The translations under genes and the position numbers were made by a program. The notes under the pieces are model-generated. The model saw only the letters and a program-made list of their open reading frames with translations, was not told the DNA's origin and made no database searches. A stretch of 32,000 nucleotides of DNA from Acaryochloris marina S15 (lineage in GTDB: Bacteria; Cyanobacteriota; Cyanobacteriia; Thermosynechococcales; Thermosynechococcaceae): NCBI RefSeq assembly GCF_018336915.1, contig NZ_CP064923.1, positions 5,610,001 through 5,642,000 on the forward strand, written 5' to 3'. Within the stretch, counting starts at the first letter, position 1; every line of letters starts with the position of its first letter. This document shows, in pieces, positions 25,438 through 32,000 of this stretch.

Positions 25438-27246
25438 ATGTCAAAACGTTTGTCCTGGTATCGGCTACTTTTTAATACCAGCGTTTTAGGAATTGCAATG
25501 GTCAATTGCATTCCTGCCCAAGCAGCACCCGAGACATCTAATCTTGATGTTACGGCTGAACAATTGGACATCGCTCCCAGTGAGGAAGTCATCCCTACAA
25601 CACTACCGTCTGTAGATGAGGCCCTGGAACTCGCGCAAGCAGTGGAAACACCCACTCTAGCCAGTCCCCCTACTTCTATTGCAGACATCGCTGGCAATCA
25701 AAACGATCCGTATTTTCCTTCGGATCCGAGTTTGCATGCCTCTGACGCCTCTCTTGGTCAGGTAACGTCTGTCTCCCAACTGTCTGATGTACAGCCTGAT
25801 GACTGGGCTTTCCAAGCCATTCAGTCTTTGGTGGAACGCTATGGATGTGTGGCTGGTTACCCCAACGGTACATTTCGTCCCAGTCGAGCCATGTCGCGAC
25901 GTGAAGCTGCGGCGTTGGTCAATGCTTGCTTAGATAACTTGAGCAATCGGTTTGCCACGAAAGAAGATTTGGATGCCCTCAAAGCGTTGCAAGATGAATT
26001 TGCCGCTGAACTCGCTACCCTTAGAGGCCGCGTCGATGGTTTAGAAGCGAGAGTCGCAACCGTAGAATCCCAACAATTCTCTACCACCACTAAATTAAAC
26101 GGGGAAGCTATTTTTGCTTTCAGTGGTGTTGCTGGCGATAACGCCACTACTGGTGCTGATATTAGTGGGCGAGTCTCTCTAAACCAGAGAACCCGTTTAA
26201 ATTTCATCACCAGCTTTACCGGTAAAGATCGGTTATATACCCGACTACAAACCTCTAATCGTCCTGTCAACTTTAGCGACGGTGCTATCCCTGGAATTAT
26301 TGACAATACAGGGACTCTGCAAACTCGGGTTGCCTTTGACACCGGCAACACCAACAACAGCGTTATCCTCGATCGCTTAGACTACAAATTCCCCATTGGT
26401 GACAAACTCAATGTTACGGTCTTTGCCAATGCGGCCTTCCACCATTACTACGCCACCACCGTCAACCCTTACTTTGAAGGATTTGGTGGTGGTAAAGGTG
26501 CCCTCTCATTCTTTGGTGAGCGCAACCCCATCTATCGAATTGGTACGGTTGCTATTCCCAATGTTGCGGGCGTCGGCACCTCTTACATGTTCAACAAAGA
26601 AAATGATTTTCGCCTTGACTTAGGCTACTTAGCGGGTCGTGCTAACCAAGCAACAACCACGGCCTTGGCCAATGGCGAAAATGAAGGTGGGTTATTTGGT
26701 GGGACCTATAGCGCTTTAGCTCAACTCAGCATTAAACCCACAGAAGGGTCTCAGGTTGGCTTAACCTATGTCCGTAATGAAGCCCCTGATGGCTTAATGA
26801 GGTTTGGCACAGGAACCGTCTTTTCCAATAATCCTTTTGGCGGTGCTAATAATATTACTGGTGATTCCTTCGGCTTTGAAGGAACCCTCAAATTAGCAGA
26901 TTGGGTCGCTGTAGGCGGTTGGTTTGGCTATACGATTGCCCGCGAAGACAATACCACCAATAAAGCAGACATTATCAATGCTGCCATTAACTTTGCCTTT
27001 CCTGATCTCGGGATGGAAGGAGCCACCGGTGGCTTAATTGTTGGAGTACCGCCAACAGTAATTAATAATGATGTCGCTGCTAGGGAGAACCCCGATCAAA
27101 CCTTCCATTTGGAAGCTTTATATTCCTTCCCTGTTAATGACTTCATCACCATTACGCCTGGCGTGATTTATCTCATTAATCCTGAAGGCAACTCCGCCAA
27201 CAGTGACATCTTAGTTGGTGTCATTCGGACGACATTTAAGTTCTAA
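25438..27246 (+). CDS. Cyanobacterial outer-membrane porin: signal peptide, SLH domain, coiled coil and an OprB-like beta-barrel
   Basis: Signal peptide ...AMVNCIPAQAAP. SLH motif DVQPDDWAFQAIQSLVERYGCVAGYPNGTFRPSRAMSRREAAALV. Coiled coil LDALKALQDEFAAELATLRGRVDGLEARV. Alternating beta-strand pattern ending in a C-terminal aromatic (...RTTFKF). Confidence 0.88.
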   Translation: MSKRLSWYRLLFNTSVLGIAMVNCIPAQAAPETSNLDVTAEQLDIAPSEEVIPTTLPSVDEALELAQAVETPTLASPPTSIADIAGNQNDPYFPSDPSLHASDASLGQVTSVSQLSDVQPDDWAFQAIQSLVERYGCVAGYPNGTFRPSRAMSRREAAALVNACLDNLSNRFATKEDLDALKALQDEFAAELATLRGRVDGLEARVATVESQQFSTTTKLNGEAIFAFSGVAGDNATTGADISGRVSLNQRTRLNFITSFTGKDRLYTRLQTSNRPVNFSDGAIPGIIDNTGTLQTRVAFDTGNTNNSVILDRLDYKFPIGDKLNVTVFANAAFHHYYATTVNPYFEGFGGGKGALSFFGERNPIYRIGTVAIPNVAGVGTSYMFNKENDFRLDLGYLAGRANQATTTALANGENEGGLFGGTYSALAQLSIKPTEGSQVGLTYVRNEAPDGLMRFGTGTVFSNNPFGGANNITGDSFGFEGTLKLADWVAVGGWFGYTIAREDNTTNKADIINAAINFAFPDLGMEGATGGLIVGVPPTVINNDVAARENPDQTFHLEALYSFPVNDFITITPGVIYLINPEGNSANSDILVGVIRTTFKF

Positions 27247-27279
27247 ACGCCTCCTCAGAATAGATAGAAGTTGATGACC

Positions 27280-27314
27280 TAGGGAACGAAAAATTTTCGT
27301 TCCCTAATTTTTTT
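27280..27314 (+). terminator. Rho-independent terminator after the porin gene
   Basis: A 13-bp palindromic stem TAGGGAACGAAAA / TTTTCGTTCCCTA (27280..27306) followed by A plus a T7 run (27308..27314). Confidence 0.8.
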
Positions 27315-27474
27315 ACCTTCTCTAATTTTTGGGATAGTTTTTCTAACTCCACAACACGGTCTCCAGGCTTGAAGATCGATCACATGGGCTTTATTGCAAA
27401 ATTAGTGCATTTACAGGGGCATGATTAAAGTGCATACAAACAATGTTGAGAACGCATTACGCAGATCAGGAACC

Positions 27475-27516
27475 GTAGCTAATCTTACAATTTTTGCCTG
27501 AAATGTTGATGATAAT
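27475..27516 (+). promoter_or_regulatory. NtcA-activated narB promoter: GTAGCTAATCTTAC plus -10 GATAAT
   Basis: A perfect GTA-N8-TAC at 27475..27488. After exactly 22 nt there is a -10-like GATAAT at 27511..27516. It lies ~60 nt upstream of the narB ATG. Confidence 0.7.
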
Positions 27517-27573
27517 GATGTTGGATTGCTATTTCAATTTTTTTCTCTGATCCTTGATTAATACAAAACAGTT

Positions 27574-29799
27574 ATGACTGAACCTGTCAAAACTTTATGT
27601 CCTTACTGTGGTGTGGGCTGTGGATTAGAAGTACTGCCTCCGGCTTTGCCAGGTAAGCCTGTCAATCGAGATAGCGCGGGAACCCCCATCTGGCGAGTGC
27701 GGGGCGATCAAGCCCACCCTTCCAGCAAGGGCCAAGTTTGTGTCAAAGGAGCAACGGTTGCCGGCGCATTAGATAAAGATCGGCTGCGCTACCCGATGAT
27801 GCGGGATTCTCTAGACCAACCGTTTCGGCAGGTCACATGGGACGAAGCTTTAGAGCGGGTGGTGAGTGAACTTAAAACCGTTCATGCCAACCAAGGTCCA
27901 GACGCCATTTGCATGTATGGCTCCGGGCAGTTTCAAACCGAAGATTATTACATCGCTCAAAAGTTATTGAAAGGTTGTCTAGGCACTAATAATTTTGATG
28001 CCAATTCTCGTCTTTGCATGTCTTCTGCAGTGGCAGGGTATATCCAAAGTTTTGGCTCTGATGGCCCACCTCCTTGCTATGACGACTTGGAGCTGACGGA
28101 CTGTGCTTTTTTAATCGGGACTAATACAGCAGAATGTCATCCGATCGTTTTTAATCGGTTGCTCAAGCATCACAAGAAAAACCGCCACGTCAAAATGATT
28201 GTGGTTGACCCTAGACGTACCAAAACAGCAGAGAAAGCCGATCTGCATCTGGCCATTAAGCCTGGCACAGATATTAATTTGCTCAACGGCATTGCCCACT
28301 TGCTGATGCGTTGGGGGAAGTTTGACTCTCTTTTTATTGATGAATGTACTTCTGGTTTCGCCAGCTTTGCTAGTGTTATCAGTCAATATCCACCGGAATT
28401 AGTCGCCAGAGACTGTGGCATTCGTGTCGATGAACTCGAAAAAGCAGCCCAATACTGGAGCGAATCCCAGCGAGTGCTATCCCTGTGGTCCATGGGGGTC
28501 AATCAATCAACGGAAGGGACTGCCAAATGCCGCACCATCATTAATTTGCACTTGATGACGGGCACCATCGGTAAACCTGGTTCAGGCCCCTTTTCCTTAA
28601 CCGGGCAGCCGAATGCCATGGGAGGCCGTGAAGCGGGTGGATTATCTCATATTCTGCCCGGGTACCGGGTCGTCAAGAATCCTCAGCATCGTCAGGATGT
28701 AGAAAAAGCTTGGCAACTACCAGAAGGTAGTATTTCTCCTCAGCCCGGTTTAACAGCTTGGGATATGATTCTAGGTCTAGAAAACCAAAGCGTCGGTTTT
28801 TTCTGGGTAGCTGCAACCAATCCCGCTGTTAGTATGCCAGATATTAAACGCACCAAAGCGGCGTTATTGAAATCTCGGTTTACGATCTGTCAGGATGCTT
28901 ACTATCCCACAGAAATGGCCGATTATGCCCATGTGTTGCTACCGGCAGCCCAGTGGAGCGAGAAAACGGGCATCATGACGAATTCCGAACGCGTAGTCAC
29001 CTATTGTCCTACTTTTCGAGAGCCCGTAGGAGAAGCCCGAGCTGATTGGGACATTTTTGCTGAAGTCGGACGTCGCTTAGGGTTTGAGCGGGAGTTTGCC
29101 TTTGCCAATTCTGCAGAGGTGTATACCGAGTTTGTGAAACTAACCCGCGATCGCATCTGCGATATGAGCGGCCTCAGCCATGATCTCCTGAAAAATGGCC
29201 CCATTCAATGGCCCTTTCCCGCCTGTGCTCTAGGCGATACCATCGATGCCACCGCAACCGGCAAACGACTCTATACCAATCATCGATTTCCCACAGAAGA
29301 TGGCCGGGCCCGGTTCTCATCCTTTCATGCCAAAGGATTGGCTGAACCCCCCGACCCTGATTATCCTTTTGTACTAACGACGGGCCGCCTCTACGGTCAT
29401 TGGCATACCCAAAGCCGCACGGGACGGATTGAGAAGGTGGCCGGGATGTATCCCAATCCCTTCGTTGAGATCCATCCTCGGGATGCCGCCCGTATTGGCA
29501 TTCAGGAGGGGGAAGTATTGGAAGTGCGATCGCGTCGTGGCTTTGCTCGCGTTCCCACCAAAATTACCAAAGCCATTGCCCCTGGCACCGTCTTCATTCC
29601 CATGCATTGGGGAGCTTTATGGGCCAAACATGCTGAGGTGAATGCCTTAACCCATCCTGAAGCCTGTCCCATCTCTCTAGAACCAGAGCTGAAAGCCTGT
29701 GCCGTTCAGCTTATCCCCGCTAGCGCTTTACCTGCAGATTCTGAAGAAAATGCTGTGGAGCGACCTGCTGCATCCCTCGTCGCTCCTTCCCATTCTTAA
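27574..29799 (+). CDS. narB: Assimilatory ferredoxin-nitrate reductase (molybdopterin oxidoreductase)
   Basis: N-terminal 4Fe-4S motif CPYCGVGCG...C(VKG). MopB-family domains along the full length. C-terminal molybdopterin dinucleotide-binding region ([26 protein letters not shown]). Confidence 0.93.
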   Translation: MTEPVKTLCPYCGVGCGLEVLPPALPGKPVNRDSAGTPIWRVRGDQAHPSSKGQVCVKGATVAGALDKDRLRYPMMRDSLDQPFRQVTWDEALERVVSELKTVHANQGPDAICMYGSGQFQTEDYYIAQKLLKGCLGTNNFDANSRLCMSSAVAGYIQSFGSDGPPPCYDDLELTDCAFLIGTNTAECHPIVFNRLLKHHKKNRHVKMIVVDPRRTKTAEKADLHLAIKPGTDINLLNGIAHLLMRWGKFDSLFIDECTSGFASFASVISQYPPELVARDCGIRVDELEKAAQYWSESQRVLSLWSMGVNQSTEGTAKCRTIINLHLMTGTIGKPGSGPFSLTGQPNAMGGREAGGLSHILPGYRVVKNPQHRQDVEKAWQLPEGSISPQPGLTAWDMILGLENQSVGFFWVAATNPAVSMPDIKRTKAALLKSRFTICQDAYYPTEMADYAHVLLPAAQWSEKTGIMTNSERVVTYCPTFREPVGEARADWDIFAEVGRRLGFEREFAFANSAEVYTEFVKLTRDRICDMSGLSHDLLKNGPIQWPFPACALGDTIDATATGKRLYTNHRFPTEDGRARFSSFHAKGLAEPPDPDYPFVLTTGRLYGHWHTQSRTGRIEKVAGMYPNPFVEIHPRDAARIGIQEGEVLEVRSRRGFARVPTKITKAIAPGTVFIPMHWGALWAKHAEVNALTHPEACPISLEPELKACAVQLIPASALPADSEENAVERPAASLVAPSHS

Positions 29800-29861
29800 A
29801 GCGATCTATAGCAATGGCCTGTATCTCGGCGACTAGAAGTCTGCCAGGAGAATTCCCTAAA

Positions 29862-29894
29862 ATGACTGCCCTCAAAAAATCTTAGGGCAGTCAT
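29862..29894. other. Stem-loop downstream of narB, possibly a weak or bidirectional terminator
   Basis: An 11-bp perfect stem ATGACTGCCCT / AGGGCAGTCAT with an 11-nt A-rich loop. There is no clear U-tract on the plus strand. Confidence 0.4.
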
Positions 29895-30113
29895 CTCAGC
29901 CCAGTCAGGCTTGGGGGAACCCAAAACTCCGATCAATTCAGACGGGTGATGCAACATCCTTCAGAGCTGCTTATCTATCTAGCCAGACAGACATGTGTTC
30001 TCGACGGAACTGATTGCTATGATCAGAACTACGGCTTGGCTTTTGGGAGGAAAATCTCGCAAAGTCAACCACTTACGGTTTGAACATTCAGCGTTGAAGG
30101 ATATGGGTTGAGG

Positions 30114-31592
30114 ATGAAGATTCAGGCAATTGATACAGTAGCTGCAGACTGGTCAGGCGATTATTTAGGCATTGGTTTTTTTGAAGATTCCACAACAATA
30201 GAGGCTTATTTAACTCAGCTAAACCAACCCCTCAGGGACGTCCTACAAGATCTAGTGAGTGAAACTGAATTTCAAGGCAAGGCTGGGGAACAGCCCTGGA
30301 CCCGAATTGCAGGAAAAGGCTCTATCCGCAAAGTCATGCTCATTGGCCTTGGCTCCCAAGAAACGTTCACATTAGATAGTCTTCGCCAAGCCGCCGCCAC
30401 CTTTGCCAAAGCAGCCCAAAAGCAAAAAGCGGCCTCTGCAGGCTTGCAGTTACCCCTTTGGAACGACGATGCTGCAGCCTCGACCCAAGCCACGGCAGAA
30501 GGCATTGAACTTGCGTTGCATCAAGATATTCGCTTTAAGTCTGATCCAGAAGCCCAAAAGTCTGGGGAATACCCTCACGACATCAACCTGTTAGGTTTGG
30601 CCAATCAAGCTGCCGCCATTGAGACAGCCCAGCAGATTTGTACAGGGGTCCTGCTGACCCGTGAACTCGTGGCAGCCCCAGCCAATGTCGTCACCCCCAG
30701 TGCTTTAGCAGAAACCGCAGCCCAAATCGCCGCCGACCACGGCCTGACCCTAGAGGTTTTAGAACGAGAAGAATGCGAAGCTCAGGGCATGGGAGCTTTT
30801 CTGGGTGTTTCTCTCGCTTCTGACTTGCCGCCCAAATTCATCCACCTGACCTACAAGCCCAGTGGCACCCCTCGCCGCAAGCTGGCAATTGTGGGTAAAG
30901 GCGTCACCTTTGACTCCGGCGGCCTCAATCTCAAGGTCGGGGGCAGCGGCATTGAAACTATGAAAATGGATATGGCGGGTTCTGGTGCTACTTTGGGAGC
31001 TGCCAAAGCGATTGGCCAACTAAAACCCGATGTTGAAGTTCATTTCATCGTCGCAGCTGCCGAAAACATGATTAGTGGTCATGCCCTCCGTCCCGGCGAT
31101 ATTTTGACGGCATCTAATGGCAAAACCATCGAGATCAACAATACAGATGCTGAAGGACGGCTCACCCTAGCCGATGCCTTGGTCTTTGCCGAAAAACAAG
31201 GCGTCGATGCCATCGTTGACTTGGCCACCTTGACCGGAGCCTGTATCGTCGCCTTAGGCCATGACATTGCCGGCATGTGGACCCCAGAAGACAGCTTGGC
31301 AGAAGAGCTGACCCAAGCATCTGACCAGGCAGGAGAGAAGTTTTGGCGAATGCCCCTAGAGGAAAAGTACTTTGAGGGACTAAAATCTCCCATCGCCGAT
31401 ATGAAAAACACGGGTCCTCGTCCTGGTGGCTCGATTACAGCCGCTTTATTCCTCAAACAATATATTGAGAAAACCCCTTGGGCGCACTTAGATGTGGCAG
31501 GCCCAGTCTGGACTGAGAAAGAAAATGGCTATCTCAATGTGGGTGCTACGGGTTTTGCCGTGCGAACCCTGGTCAATTGGGTAATGGGGTAA
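30114..31592 (+). CDS. pepA: Leucyl aminopeptidase (M17 family)
   Basis: [15 protein letters not shown] and [14 protein letters not shown] signature motifs, plus the M17 N-terminal domain. ATG at 30114, with an in-frame TTG at 30108. Confidence 0.92.
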   Translation: MKIQAIDTVAADWSGDYLGIGFFEDSTTIEAYLTQLNQPLRDVLQDLVSETEFQGKAGEQPWTRIAGKGSIRKVMLIGLGSQETFTLDSLRQAAATFAKAAQKQKAASAGLQLPLWNDDAAASTQATAEGIELALHQDIRFKSDPEAQKSGEYPHDINLLGLANQAAAIETAQQICTGVLLTRELVAAPANVVTPSALAETAAQIAADHGLTLEVLEREECEAQGMGAFLGVSLASDLPPKFIHLTYKPSGTPRRKLAIVGKGVTFDSGGLNLKVGGSGIETMKMDMAGSGATLGAAKAIGQLKPDVEVHFIVAAAENMISGHALRPGDILTASNGKTIEINNTDAEGRLTLADALVFAEKQGVDAIVDLATLTGACIVALGHDIAGMWTPEDSLAEELTQASDQAGEKFWRMPLEEKYFEGLKSPIADMKNTGPRPGGSITAALFLKQYIEKTPWAHLDVAGPVWTEKENGYLNVGATGFAVRTLVNWVMG

Positions 31593-31657
31593 TCAGTGGA
31601 TTGTCCTATGGATTGATGCCTACTAAGGCAGCATCAATACCCGCCTGAAGCAGCATC

Positions 31658-31735
31658 CTGGACAGGTTTCATCAGCTGACGCATCCTAGATCTAAAATAT
31701 CGACTGATGAGGGTTAGCGAATGCAACCTGTCCAG
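31658..31735. other. Nested inverted repeats forming a potential ~78-nt structured element in the pepA-downstream intergenic region
   Basis: The outer 11-bp perfect pairing is CTGGACAGGTT (31658..31668) with AACCTGTCCAG (31725..31735). The inner 7-bp pairing is TCATCAG (31669..31675) with CTGATGA (31704..31710). No ORF of 60 aa or more covers it. Confidence 0.3.
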
Positions 31736-32000
31736 CGTAAAAATCACGATACAGCTTGTGCCTGTCAGGCGCCATAACGCCCTGTATAGAAGGAGTGTTG
31801 ACATGAGATACATCCAACCATAGCCTAGATATTTCTCTGATAAAGACGGCCTGTAAAGGCTCTCAGCGCGCTCTGAATGATGAGCAAACTTTTCACAGCG
31901 TACAACTATGTAATGCTCTTAGCGTCTACCCATCTCTAACCTATTTTTTTATGAGTGATTCCATCCTTACCCCAGAACAGCTCCTTCACCAACTGAAATG

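Noticed and set aside
31951-32000. An ATG-initiated frame (MSDSILTPEQLLHQLK...) running off the right edge
   Set aside because: Only 16 codons are visible, too few to call a gene or a product.

Overview
This window reads as a cyanobacterial chromosome segment. The evidence is at least 13 perfect copies of the HIP1 palindrome GCGATCGC, GTA-N8-TAC NtcA boxes, an SLH/OprB-type porin and a nirA-nrtP-narB nitrate cluster. No species can be named from the sequence alone. I support about 27 coding regions and found no rRNA, tRNA, CRISPR array or transposase.

Gene content, left to right:
- a 3'-truncated Ser/Thr kinase with a 4-Cys prefix and an FGE-sulfatase domain
- two sugar-type ABC permeases
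- a redox/detoxification group: membrane-anchored Mn-SOD, an NTF2-like protein, a GMC oxidoreductase and a VOC/glyoxalase-fold protein
- a four-gene ABC ATPase / ABC-2 permease / GldG-like / DUF4340-like operon
- a Cas4-like Fe-S PD-(D/E)XK nuclease and a rhomboid protease
- several small secreted or membrane proteins and a Mo-nitrogenase-C-domain protein
- a ClC channel
- an AT-rich islet holding a HAD hydrolase, an unknown protein, a gene remnant and mazEF
- a HEAT-repeat protein
- the nitrate-assimilation cluster
- leucyl aminopeptidase

The most interesting signal is in the nitrate cluster. A porin gene sits between nrtP and narB as its own terminator-bounded unit. Its promoter copies the nirA promoter almost base for base in geometry: an ATATGC-N7-GCATAT palindrome, 52.5 bp to an NtcA box, then 22 nt to a TAN3T -10 element. 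This suggests an N-regulated outer-membrane channel and an unassigned operator, possibly LysR/NtcB-type. NirA also carries a C-terminal plant-type [2Fe-2S] ferredoxin domain.

All calls rest on motif reading by eye. No database searches or folding calculations were run.
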